Of a stretch of 64,000 nt of DNA, positions 37,401 through 45,326 are shown piece by piece (the first letter of the stretch is position 1; the number at the start of each line of letters is the position of its first letter). Position numbers and translations under genes: made by a program. This DNA is from an uncultured Rhodothermales bacterium (GTDB lineage Bacteria; Bacteroidota; Rhodothermia; Rhodothermales; CAYLXM01). The stretch covers positions 8,901-72,900 of the forward strand of contig CAYLXM010000014.1 of NCBI GenBank assembly GCA_964387555.1. The letters are read 5' to 3'. Under the pieces are notes generated by a model. The model searched no databases, was not told the DNA's origin, and was given only the letters and a program-made list of their open reading frames with translations.

Positions 37401-39386
37401 GCCCGCATGCTCAACAGCGGCCGGTTCATTGAAATCAAGATCGGTCAGGGCGCCAAACCGGGAGAAGGGGGACACCTGCCGGGCTTCAAGGTCACCGGTC
37501 AGATCGCCGCTGCCCGGCATACGAACCCGGGCGTCGACCTGATTTCGCCGAGCAACAACCACGACCTCTACTCCATCGAGGATCTTGCCCAGCTCATCGA
37601 AGAGCTGAAAACCGTCAACCCCGAAGCCAAGATTTCCGTCAAGCTTCCCTGCATCCCAGGAATCGGTGTCATTGCCACGGGAGTCGCCAAGGCCGGAGCG
37701 GACATCATCGGAATATCCGGCTATGACGGCGGCACGGGGGCAGCGCGCAAGCATGCTCTGAAACATGTGGGTTTCCCGGTTGAACTGGGCATCAAGGAGA
37801 GTCACAACGATTTGATCGAGAACGGGTTGCGGCACCTTGTCGAGCTCTGGGCCGATGGGGGACAGAAGACCGCGGAGGATGTGCTCCGCATGCTTTGTCT
37901 GGGGGCCGATCGCGTCGGGTTCGGTACGCTGTCAATGGTGGCCATCGGCTGCACCATCTGTCGCGACTGCTCGACCGGGACCTGCCACACCGGCATCACC
38001 GCCCATTTTAAGTCGGAAGAAGACGCACTCGAGGCCGGCCTTCGGCGGTACACGCCTCGCGATCCCGTGGGGTCGGTCGAGCGACTCGTTCACCTCTATT
38101 CGGCCATGCGCGAGGAAATCCAGGTCCGAATGGCACAGCTCGGGGTGTCCAGCGCTCGTCAACTCGTCGGGCGCAGTGACCTGCTGCAACAGGTGCGCCG
38201 TACCGACTCCCTGTGCCTCGATAGCCTGATTGACGTGCACCCGGCGACGGCCGAATGGCACCGTCGGCGGGAGAAAAAGGCGGGAGAGCGCGTCGTGTTG
38301 AAACGCCCGAGGACCTCGCTTACCCGCACGATTTCATCCCTCTTTGAAGGCGCCCTCGACGCAGGTCACTCCGACCTGGTCTACGTCGACGACGAGGTCA
38401 AAGGCAGTGATCGCGCAATCGGGACGTACTTCGCAGGCCGTATTTCCCGACCAGGCTTTAATCCCCCTCAACCACTTCGCCGGGCGCTCATTCGGATTTC
38501 AGGATCCTCCGTTCCCGGAAACGGTCTCGGCGCTTTCAGCTCTGAAGGCCTTGACATCGACGTGAGTGGCGGCGCCATGGATTCAACGGCCAAATGCGCG
38601 AGCGGTGGCCGGATTTCCATCCTCCGGGGCCCAAACCACAACGGACTGCTCATTGACGGATCGGTAGGCAAGGCGTTCGCCTACGGCGCACAGGAGGGCC
38701 TGTTCATCGTGCAGGGCGATGCAGATAGCCGTGCGGGCATTCGGCTGTCCGGAGCAGACCTCGTATTTGGAGGCACGCCCAGAGCACCCCTCGACGATCG
38801 CAGGGGAAACTGGGCCAGCCGCGCGAATCTCAAAGGGTTTGCCTTCGAGTACATGACCAGCGGGCGCGCTGTAGTTTTCGGCGACCCAGGTCCGTGGCTC
38901 TGTTCTGGCATGACCGGCGGGACCATCTTCTTCCGCCTGGATCCGACCATGGGCCTTACCGAAGACGCGATCCAGCGCAGATTCGCGAAAGGCGCTTCTG
39001 CCCGTCTGTCCCCAGTCTCGGACACCGGTCTCGAATCGCTTTCCGAACTGATCGATTCCTACGCAAAGGTCCTTTCAGCCCATCCTGCCCAGGAGCAGGC
39101 GGTGCGCTTTGTCGAGGCTCTCAAGGAAGACCTGCAAGGGTCATTCGTCCAGTGCGAGTCCCCAAAGACGAGCCTGACGTTCGCGCTCAAAGGATCCAAT
39201 GTCGCGAGAAAGGCAGAAAGCACTGTTCGGCCGACGGCGCCACCGCCCACTCCAGCCCGGCCCGCAGGGAGATCCGTGCCTCCCCGAATGCCCCCCGCTC
39301 TCAGTTCAGAGAGACAGAAGGCCTCCGTATCGGTCGGGAACTGGCAGAATGTCGAACCGAATGACCAGGCTACGGGTAAGACCTGA
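34491..39386 (+). CDS. gltB: glutamate synthase large subunit-like protein (Ntn amidotransferase + central + FMN + GXGXG domains)
   Basis: 1631-aa ORF. The candidate Ntn Cys lies in ...EHDA|CAIVARVRKDG after a leader of about 31 aa. GDGTGIQTDIP, an FMN/TIM-barrel region (IKIGQGAKPGEGGHLPG, ISPSNNHDLYSIEDLAQLI, GYDGGTGAA), the 3Fe-4S Cys cluster context (CTICRDCSTGTCHTGI) and a C-terminal beta-helix (GSSVPGNGLGAF...SGGRISI) are all present. Confidence 0.85.
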   Translation: MAAHYRAEDPAQDPSVSFRRLRWEDRPEHDACAIVARVRKDGVPTHGNVERTLAALGHMAHRTGEIDQEGDGTGIQTDIPRDIWKRKLDSKGLREEVVVLSSFTVGHILIRDRAADEMRGALRSIREVLMEHGFDVVYMEKASVRSEALGPLASDIEPVWFQVACVPKAYRRVDFVDSYNASLAIEGLAGGIHVASLGHNSVVYKVRGDVKTLGTYFPDLSDPGYKSAIALGHGRYSTNTCSVHERAQMCSTLGHNGEINTIAQLRRQMKMLGLPAAIEGSDSQDVDRLIEGLMFRYGFSLMEAMEIVFPPVWSEVKRLPESFHSAYRYFRRALGLMAQGPAAIIARQGDELVFSVDVLGLRPLWVGETEKEFFASSEKSVFGIEAMVSDPQPLAPGEKRAFQLRRPEVSINPMNGYPTIVPGGVTVFENQDIQHFFSEAFNRRRGNVVDRLLEPEAASGTGPVPAVVPIPETKTNAMLSAFGWQRGDIEMAVDMAGSGKEVIGSIGYDGPLAVLSDDLSNLSDFFKERVAVVTNPAIDRVREGSHFSTEVFLGGRPDLRSDDPSRLESLQIRLNSPLVPAAATFHQNSEVEPLLREASSNLGVLTLEQIIAGCRDNADAPTAITLSICYPRSLPLVDALRRLERKAVESARAHRTSIIVLDDRDAFTGSEGEELLPIDAHLAVAVVNRVLENERRRWDVADLVSLRRTTSLVLCTGAIRHVHDAVVALGLGANAISPYLLIEQALSTGEEGPNQLAAVVRLLSSLTEGIEKVISTIGIHELAGYWHGFASIGLTHELAIFLGVTNYCGHATRGWGIDDLERTALQRLELALSDRLAKPPVEDRLYPKIWKLAGDVAQSQKNYTAFMERVKKYEIEAPVALRHTLELAAAGPALTPEEVDLTIDGYDAPFYIPAMSFGSQGETSFRAYAEAARRLNVPCINGEGGEIPDMIGRYWRHRGQQVASGRFGVNARMLNSGRFIEIKIGQGAKPGEGGHLPGFKVTGQIAAARHTNPGVDLISPSNNHDLYSIEDLAQLIEELKTVNPEAKISVKLPCIPGIGVIATGVAKAGADIIGISGYDGGTGAARKHALKHVGFPVELGIKESHNDLIENGLRHLVELWADGGQKTAEDVLRMLCLGADRVGFGTLSMVAIGCTICRDCSTGTCHTGITAHFKSEEDALEAGLRRYTPRDPVGSVERLVHLYSAMREEIQVRMAQLGVSSARQLVGRSDLLQQVRRTDSLCLDSLIDVHPATAEWHRRREKKAGERVVLKRPRTSLTRTISSLFEGALDAGHSDLVYVDDEVKGSDRAIGTYFAGRISRPGFNPPQPLRRALIRISGSSVPGNGLGAFSSEGLDIDVSGGAMDSTAKCASGGRISILRGPNHNGLLIDGSVGKAFAYGAQEGLFIVQGDADSRAGIRLSGADLVFGGTPRAPLDDRRGNWASRANLKGFAFEYMTSGRAVVFGDPGPWLCSGMTGGTIFFRLDPTMGLTEDAIQRRFAKGASARLSPVSDTGLESLSELIDSYAKVLSAHPAQEQAVRFVEALKEDLQGSFVQCESPKTSLTFALKGSNVARKAESTVRPTAPPPTPARPAGRSVPPRMPPALSSERQKASVSVGNWQNVEPNDQATGKT

Positions 39387-39400
39387 CGAGGGCTCGCAAC

Positions 39401-39440
39401 AAAAAAGGGCCCGGACTGTACACCAGTTCGGGCCCTTTTC
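39401..39440. terminator. bidirectional hairpin terminator between gltB and the tRNA
   Basis: aaaaaagggcccgga...ttcgggccctttt is a GC stem flanked by an A-run on one side and a T-run on the other. It could therefore serve both convergent genes. Confidence 0.75.
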
Positions 39441-39441
39441 G

Positions 39442-39515
39442 TGGCGGGAGAGGGAATCGAACCCTCGACCTCCGGGTTATGAATCCGACGCTCTAACCGT
39501 CTGAGCTATCCCGCC
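39442..39515 (-). tRNA. tRNA with CAU anticodon (elongator Met or lysidine-modified Ile2; not initiator-like)
   Basis: The reverse complement reads GGCGGGA TA GCTC AGACGGTTA GAGC G TCGGA TTCATAA CCCGG AGGTC GAGGG TTCGATT CCCTC TCCCGCC A. This folds as a cloverleaf with a 7-bp acceptor stem and TTCGA in the T-loop. CCA is not encoded. Confidence 0.9.
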
Positions 39516-39522
39516 TAGCCAG

Positions 39523-39555
39523 TAAAAATACGACATTCTGGCGGATCTTTCCAAA
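39523..39555 (-). promoter_or_regulatory. candidate Bacteroidota-type promoter of the tRNA
   Basis: The minus strand reads cTTTGgaaagatccgccagaatgtcgTATTTTTActggcta followed by the tRNA 5' end. This is a -33 TTTG, a 21-nt spacer, and a -7 TAttTTTa ending 7 nt before the mature 5' end. Confidence 0.45.
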
Positions 39556-39664
39556 GACACGAATACCCCACGGACGGTTTCGGTTCTGGTCAGCATTTCC
39601 GATCTTCAGGCTGTACGTGAAGTGAAGCGTTTGTACTTGCTGACGATGTTGGAGGAACGGACCC

Positions 39665-40831
39665 ATGTCTTGGAGCAGCGTGATAGGGCAGGAACGGGTC
39701 GCCGGGATTTTGTCTCGGGCCATCGAGTCGCAGCGCGTGGCCCATGCCTATCTGTTTCATGGACCGGATGGAGTGGGCAAACGGGCCATGGCGCTGGAAT
39801 TCGCCCGTGCACTGGAATGTGATCGCGGCCGTTCCGAAGCGTGTGGAACCTGTGGACCCTGTGGGAAGGTGGCCCGTCTGGTGCACCCGGACGTGCACGT
39901 GCTGTTTCCGTATCCGACGGATACATCGGCGGAAGACATCGCCGAACGAACGCGCCTGCTGGCGGCGAATCCGTACGAAGAACTGGATTATGTGCGCAGG
40001 CCTTCGCTGGCCGATTCGGGAAAGGCGTCCAACAAACAAGTCATCTATACCATCGGCAGAATCCATGAGGAACTGCGGCGCGCACTCAGTTTCCGGTCGC
40101 ATGAGGGACGATACAAAGTGGCCGTCATGATCGACTGCGATGCCCTGCGCGTTGAGGCCGCGAATGCCCTCCTCAAGATCCTGGAGGAGCCAACCGATCG
40201 CACGGTTTTCGTTTTGACCACGACGCGGGTCGACAGGCTACTTCCAACGATCGTTTCGCGGTGTCAGCGGATTCGTTTCGAGGCGCTCACCGCCGAGCAA
40301 ATTCAACCGGCCCTCATGGCCCGTCTCGGAATTGACGAAGGGACAGCCGAGTTACCCGCCCGGATGGCGGACGGGTCCTTCACGCGGGCCCTTCGTTTGG
40401 CCGAGAATCCGGAACTGACGGAGCACCGCGATATGATCATTGACCTGCTTCGATCCGCATATGCCGGATTGGACGGGAAAACCATCGAATTGGCGGAAAA
40501 ATTCGCGGCCCTGGGCCGTGAACAATTGAAAGGAATCCTCCTGCTGATGCTTCAGTGGATACGCGACCTCCTGCTCGAAAGAGATCTCGGTGAGGATGCT
40601 ACCCTGGCGAATTTTGACCAGCGGGAAGTCATTTCCCGGTTTGTTGCCAATCTGCCGGATGCCGACCTGGAATCAATGGTATCGGTGATCGAATCGGCGC
40701 AACGTCTCATCGAGCGAAACGTTAATCTGACCGTACTGCTTGTGCACCTGGCCGATACATTGGCCCATTCGATGAAAGGTGAGGGAACGCCCGGGCTATC
40801 CGTATCGCTCATCGAATCCGACGTCGGATAA
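39665..40831 (+). CDS. holB: DNA polymerase III delta-prime subunit
   Basis: It shows AHAYLFHGPDGVGKRAMALEFARAL, the zinc module CGTCGPCGK, and the LLKILEEP / SRCQ motifs. Confidence 0.9.
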   Translation: MSWSSVIGQERVAGILSRAIESQRVAHAYLFHGPDGVGKRAMALEFARALECDRGRSEACGTCGPCGKVARLVHPDVHVLFPYPTDTSAEDIAERTRLLAANPYEELDYVRRPSLADSGKASNKQVIYTIGRIHEELRRALSFRSHEGRYKVAVMIDCDALRVEAANALLKILEEPTDRTVFVLTTTRVDRLLPTIVSRCQRIRFEALTAEQIQPALMARLGIDEGTAELPARMADGSFTRALRLAENPELTEHRDMIIDLLRSAYAGLDGKTIELAEKFAALGREQLKGILLLMLQWIRDLLLERDLGEDATLANFDQREVISRFVANLPDADLESMVSVIESAQRLIERNVNLTVLLVHLADTLAHSMKGEGTPGLSVSLIESDVG

Positions 40832-40881
40832 TCCTGTTCGCACCTCAACCGGTGCTTCTTCACCCGATCACATCCTTACCC

Positions 40882-41820
40882 ATGGAATCACCGACTGGAC
40901 GTTCTTGCGGCACCTGCGGAACCGGCGCAACCGGATGTGGCTGTGCGGACAAAAGGGCCTTTAATTGGCTGCAAGGCCTCGAGGCCCCGGCATACGCCGG
41001 TTTCCCCGGTGTTGTGGAAGTGCGATTCAAAGGGAAACGAACCAACTTCTATCTCAATGCGGATCGTCTCGACCTCGTTTCAGGAGAGCCGGTCGTCGTG
41101 GAGGCGGAACGGGGCGTCGATCTGGGCTTCGTTCACCTGACGGGCGAACTCGCAGAAATGAGGCGACTTAAGGAGGACAAAAGCGATCCAGGCGGATTGC
41201 CTCGTATCGTACGCATCGCAACCAGCCGGGATACGGAGAAATACCGTTCCAATGCGGAAAGAGAGAGCGAGGCGTTTGAGATCGGCAGACAGATGGTGGA
41301 GCAGTTCAACCTCCAGATGAAGATCGCCGACGTGGAGTGGCAACTGGATCGCAACAGGATCACGCTTTACTTCACGGCCGAACGGCGGGTCGACTTCCGG
41401 AAGCTCGTTCGTGAGCTGGCCGCCAAATTTCGCACCCGGGTCGATCTTCGCCAGATCGGAGCGCGTGACGAGGCCGGGAGGCTTGGAGGACTCGGATCGT
41501 GCGGGCGCGAGCTGTGTTGTTCGACCTGGCTCCACGAATTTGCACCGGTAGCGATGCACGCGGCAAAAGTGCAGGATCTTCCGCTGAATCCCGTCCGACT
41601 CGGCGGGCAGTGCGGCAGGCTGAAATGCTGCCTCAACTACGAGTTGGAACAGTATGTGGCTGCCCTTCGTGACCTGCCCAGAGTCGGAAAGGCCATAACC
41701 ACCAGCCGGGGGCGAGGGCAGGTCGAAAAGGTCGACATATTTCGAGACCGCGTGCTCGTCCGGCACTCCGACGGCTCTGTCGAAGATCTAGCAGCCGAAC
41801 AGATCAAGAAACGCCCATAG
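40882..41820 (+). CDS. ricT: PSP1-domain protein RicT/YaaT-like
   Basis: The start was trimmed to the ATG at 40882. It has the PSP1 C-terminal domain with the Cys cluster GSCGRELCCSTWL...GQCGRLKCCLNYE and sits in the conserved holB-yaaT gene order. Confidence 0.85.
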   Translation: MESPTGRSCGTCGTGATGCGCADKRAFNWLQGLEAPAYAGFPGVVEVRFKGKRTNFYLNADRLDLVSGEPVVVEAERGVDLGFVHLTGELAEMRRLKEDKSDPGGLPRIVRIATSRDTEKYRSNAERESEAFEIGRQMVEQFNLQMKIADVEWQLDRNRITLYFTAERRVDFRKLVRELAAKFRTRVDLRQIGARDEAGRLGGLGSCGRELCCSTWLHEFAPVAMHAAKVQDLPLNPVRLGGQCGRLKCCLNYELEQYVAALRDLPRVGKAITTSRGRGQVEKVDIFRDRVLVRHSDGSVEDLAAEQIKKRP

Positions 41821-41947
41821 CGCAGCCGGTCTTTGGATCGTTTGGCCCAATGGGACCGAAACCGATTGTGCCTGAACCCGATCCGAGCCCCGATATGCCG
41901 CCCCGAACATCCGAGCGCCCCGGATTCGAAGCATGGTCCTTCAGGAT

Positions 41948-42808
41948 ATGGCCTATTCTGCAGAAATAAGCCGGTCGAATCCAGGCGCCCTCCTTTTTCT
42001 GGTTGACCAATCGGCCTCGATGCTCGATCCGTTTGGCCGGCGATCCGGCGAATTGGGATCCGAAGCATCCAAGTCCCGCGTACTTGCCGAGACGCTCAAC
42101 CGGCTGATACAAGATGTCATACTTCGTTGCGCCAAAGAGGAGGGCGTGCGCGATTATTTCCACATCGGCGTAATTGGCTACGGCGAAAAAGTCGATTCCC
42201 TCCTGGGACCCGGATCCGAACCGTCGGGTACCTTCGTATTGACGCCGATCAGCGTGCTGGCCGAGCAGCCACTACGCCTGGAGAAGCGCGTCCGCCACGT
42301 GGCGGACGGAGCGGGCGGAATCGTGGAGCGAAGCACCGTCGTTCCGGTGTGGATCGACCCGCATGCGAAGAACGGCACACCGATGTGTCATGCGTTGGCT
42401 CTGGCGCATGAGGCCGTGCTTGCCTGGATCGATGGCCACCCTGATGCATTTCCTCCGGTCATCGTCAACATAACGGATGGGGAGTCGACCGATGGTGATC
42501 CACTCCTCCATGCGGACAAGCTGCGAAGAGAAGGTACCTCCGATGGAGAGGTGCTGCTGTTCAATATCCATCTGTCGGAATCCGAAGCGGATCCGATTTT
42601 GTTTCCCGACTCGCTCTCCAGGATGCCGGACGCCTACGCCCGGTTGTTGTACCGCATGTCGAGCCCACTGCCGAGCCCGATCCGGGACACCGCCCGACAC
42701 GAAGGATTCAAGTTGGGCCCCGATGCCCGCGGGTTCCTGTTCAACGCCGACCCCTCCGCACTGGTGCGCTTTCTGGAAATTGGTACCCGTCCTGCCAACC
42801 TGCGCTGA
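41948..42808 (+). CDS. von Willebrand factor A (vWA) domain protein with intact MIDAS, TerY-like
   Basis: Start is the ATG at 41948, or alternatively 41933. The MIDAS motif DxSxS reads LFLVDQSASM, with a downstream GTPM Thr and ITDGESTDG. The protein is about 290 aa with no signal peptide or TM segment. Confidence 0.85.
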   Translation: MAYSAEISRSNPGALLFLVDQSASMLDPFGRRSGELGSEASKSRVLAETLNRLIQDVILRCAKEEGVRDYFHIGVIGYGEKVDSLLGPGSEPSGTFVLTPISVLAEQPLRLEKRVRHVADGAGGIVERSTVVPVWIDPHAKNGTPMCHALALAHEAVLAWIDGHPDAFPPVIVNITDGESTDGDPLLHADKLRREGTSDGEVLLFNIHLSESEADPILFPDSLSRMPDAYARLLYRMSSPLPSPIRDTARHEGFKLGPDARGFLFNADPSALVRFLEIGTRPANLR

Positions 42809-42812
42809 TCCC

Positions 42813-43508
42813 ATGGACTTCTCAGGCGCCATCTATTTCACGCCACGTCCGGGACACACGCCGGATGAATACGAGGATGCCTGGGAAGGGCCGGCCCGGG
42901 TCGGACGACACATCCGGGCGGCAGTCGCCGATGGGGCGACCGAGACGATCTTCGCCCGAACGTGGGCACGTCTCCTGGTACGCGAATTCGTGCATGCAGG
43001 GGCGGAATTCCTGGGCAGTAACGAACTGGGGCTCCATGCGATTCGAATGGCATGGCAGCATGCGATTCAGCCGGCCGCTGCTGATGCGGCATGGTACGTT
43101 CGTGCCAAGGCTGAACTTGGTGCTTTCGCGGCGCTGCTCGGTCTAGAAGTGGAAGAGTCGGGAGCTTGGACCGCCCTCTGTGTGGGTGACTGTTGTCTCT
43201 TTCACGTTCGCAACCGAGACTTGGTACGCGCCTGGCCGTACGACCACGCCTCGGCTTTCGGGTTTCGGCCCGCCCTGATGGGAAGTGCCACAGGGGGATC
43301 CAGCCCCGAGATTCGGCGCATTGACGGCTCGGCACAGCCCGGGGATCAGTTCCTTCTCGCCACGGATGCAGCGGCAGCGCATCTCCTGAGAATGCCGCAG
43401 GATCTCCTCCTTGCCTGTGCATCGGGCGCAGTCAGCGCACTTGATGGATCCAGGCCGCAACCGGATGACATCACGCTCATGCAGATTGAATTGATCACCC
43501 CCGCATGA
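42813..43508 (+). CDS. PP2C-family (SpoIIE-like) serine/threonine phosphatase, minimal form
   Basis: The ORF 42477..43508 was trimmed to the ATG at 42813, 4 nt after the vWA stop. The upstream part of that ORF overlaps the vWA gene out of frame. PP2C-like acidic motifs are EDAW, AVADGATE, VGDCCLFHV, LLATDAAA and PDDITLMQIEL. Confidence 0.75.
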   Translation: MDFSGAIYFTPRPGHTPDEYEDAWEGPARVGRHIRAAVADGATETIFARTWARLLVREFVHAGAEFLGSNELGLHAIRMAWQHAIQPAAADAAWYVRAKAELGAFAALLGLEVEESGAWTALCVGDCCLFHVRNRDLVRAWPYDHASAFGFRPALMGSATGGSSPEIRRIDGSAQPGDQFLLATDAAAAHLLRMPQDLLLACASGAVSALDGSRPQPDDITLMQIELITPA

Positions 43509-45268
43509 GAATACCCAGCCCGAGCGACTTCCAGGAGGCATTTCAGAACCCCTCACTTTCCCTCCTCGATCCCGACCTTGCGGCCGGAGAGGTTCGCCTG
43601 AACGCCCTTGGTCTGCCGCAACCGATCGCTGGAGCCTTCGCGGTTGTTTTTTCGGTAGATGCAGCGGGCGGTCGCTTTGCAGCACGATGCTTCCTAACCG
43701 AACCGAGGGACCACGAGGCCCGTTATGCGGCGATCGGTCGCTTCCAGAAGCGGAATTCGTTGCCATTCCTGGCCGACGTCGAGTATCAGAAGAAAGGGAT
43801 TCGGATCGGAGAGGACGTGTATCCCATCCTGAAGATGGCATGGGTTCAAGGATCACCGCTTAACCACTACGTGGCGAGTCGACTCGATCGCCCGGAGGAA
43901 CTGGCCTCTCTCGCCCGAGCCTGGTTGGCGCTCGTGCTACGGATGGAGGACGTCGGCATGGCACACGGAGACCTCCAGCACGGAAACGTCCTCGTACAAG
44001 AAGGAATGGACGGCGAGGCCATCCTGGGGCTGGTCGACTACGACTCGATGTTCGTCCCGGAACTGCGTGGCAAGCAAAGCCGTGAAATCGGCCATCGCAA
44101 TTATCAGCACTGTGAGCGATCATCACGGCACTTTGATCATCGTGTGGATCGTTTCTCCGCGCTCGTAATCTACCTCGCATTACGTGCGCTGGAGGTTCGT
44201 CCAGATCTGTGGACCAGGTATGACACCGGCGAGAATCTGCTTTTTCAGGCGGACGATTTCTACCGCCCCGGCCAATCGCACCTGCTCTCAGAGTTGCGGT
44301 TGGTGGAGCCTGTTGCGGCGCTTGCAGTTGCGCTGGAGCGGGCCTGTCTCATAGGTCCGCTGGAGGCTCCAGCCCTTGGCCAGGCCACGCATGAAGGGGC
44401 GGTGCCTCAATCGGCGCTCGCTCCTGGACCAAAGCCGGTTCACGCGACCGAGGGCCGGCGTGACCCATTCGAGAAGGCAGCGGTTTGGATGCTTCCGGCG
44501 ATTCTCGCGTTCAGCTACGTGGTGTCCATCTGGAATGAAACGCTTGGCCTGGCCTGTTTTGTGGGCCTTTTCCTCGTCGCCTCCGGGCTGTTCATACACC
44601 GCCTGGCTACGCACGAGGTGATCATCCGAAGAAGACGTCTTGCCGGAGAGATGGGGCAGATTCGGAGGATCTGCTCTCAACTTGAAAGGGAACTGGAGAT
44701 GCTCGAGACGGAACGGCATAGACTTTCGGCACGCCAGGCTGCAATCAGACAGCAGCGTCTGGAGGAGCTTCAAAACCAGGAATTGCAAGATCTTCTCCGA
44801 TTTCGATTCATCAGCGAGTTAGAGCACGTGGACGGGATTTCGCACAAGTCCGTCGTAAAACTGAAAAGGGCCGGTATCAGAACGGCGCTGCACGTCACCC
44901 GGGAACGACTGGAGGGCATCCAGGGGCTGGGTCCGGTCAGCCGCGGCCGCATTCTGGAGTGGCACGACGGCATCGTAGCGGAACTTCTGCTCAGAAGGGT
45001 GTCGACAGAGCTCCCGGAAAGCGAGTCGCGCCGGATCGATCGGGAAATCGTCCGCAGGAGGGATGAACTGGCCCAGGATGCGGACAGAATGCGTCAGAAG
45101 GTGCTCATTCAATCCCGGGAGCAGGAACGCGTTCGTGCTCGATTGAACGACCTTCCCGCACCGTCCAGCGTCAGGTACCTCGCCTTTCTGCTCCGCCTGT
45201 CCGAACGAAATCCTCTATCGACCGATCCCGGGGCTCCTGCCGCGTCAGGTTCGCTCGCTCCCCGATGA
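43505..45268 (+). CDS. membrane-anchored protein kinase-like protein with coiled coils and tandem helix-hairpin-helix motifs
   Basis: The start overlaps the PP2C stop (ATGA at 43505-43508). It has a Gly-rich loop (IAGAFAVVFSV), the catalytic loop AHGDLQHGNVLV, and the metal-binding LVDYDSMF. Two hydrophobic helices (AAVWMLPAILAFSYVVSIW and LGLACFVGLFLVASGLFI) are followed by a heptad-rich segment. Next come HVDGISHKSVVKLKRAGI and LEGIQGLGPVSRGRILEW (HhH x2), then a second charged helical segment. Confidence 0.8.
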   Translation: MRIPSPSDFQEAFQNPSLSLLDPDLAAGEVRLNALGLPQPIAGAFAVVFSVDAAGGRFAARCFLTEPRDHEARYAAIGRFQKRNSLPFLADVEYQKKGIRIGEDVYPILKMAWVQGSPLNHYVASRLDRPEELASLARAWLALVLRMEDVGMAHGDLQHGNVLVQEGMDGEAILGLVDYDSMFVPELRGKQSREIGHRNYQHCERSSRHFDHRVDRFSALVIYLALRALEVRPDLWTRYDTGENLLFQADDFYRPGQSHLLSELRLVEPVAALAVALERACLIGPLEAPALGQATHEGAVPQSALAPGPKPVHATEGRRDPFEKAAVWMLPAILAFSYVVSIWNETLGLACFVGLFLVASGLFIHRLATHEVIIRRRRLAGEMGQIRRICSQLERELEMLETERHRLSARQAAIRQQRLEELQNQELQDLLRFRFISELEHVDGISHKSVVKLKRAGIRTALHVTRERLEGIQGLGPVSRGRILEWHDGIVAELLLRRVSTELPESESRRIDREIVRRRDELAQDADRMRQKVLIQSREQERVRARLNDLPAPSSVRYLAFLLRLSERNPLSTDPGAPAASGSLAPR

Positions 45269-45326
45269 GATTTCGGTCGCGCAGGCGGAGATACCCGGGA
45301 GCCTCGATATCCGCCGGGATGTGGGA

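Noticed and set aside
41881-41925. A short direct repeat atccgagc(c/gc)cccg(a/ga)t upstream of the vWA gene could be an operator.
   Set aside because: It has only about 14 nt of imperfect similarity in GC-rich DNA. That is too weak to separate from chance without comparative data. I mention it only as something to look at if the region is aligned with orthologs.
42477-42812. An N-terminal 112-aa extension of the PP2C ORF could make it a 343-aa protein.
   Set aside because: The extension overlaps the 3' third of the vWA gene in a different frame and has no domain-like sequence. The ATG at 42813, 4 nt after the vWA stop, gives a compact phosphatase that begins just before the first acidic motif.
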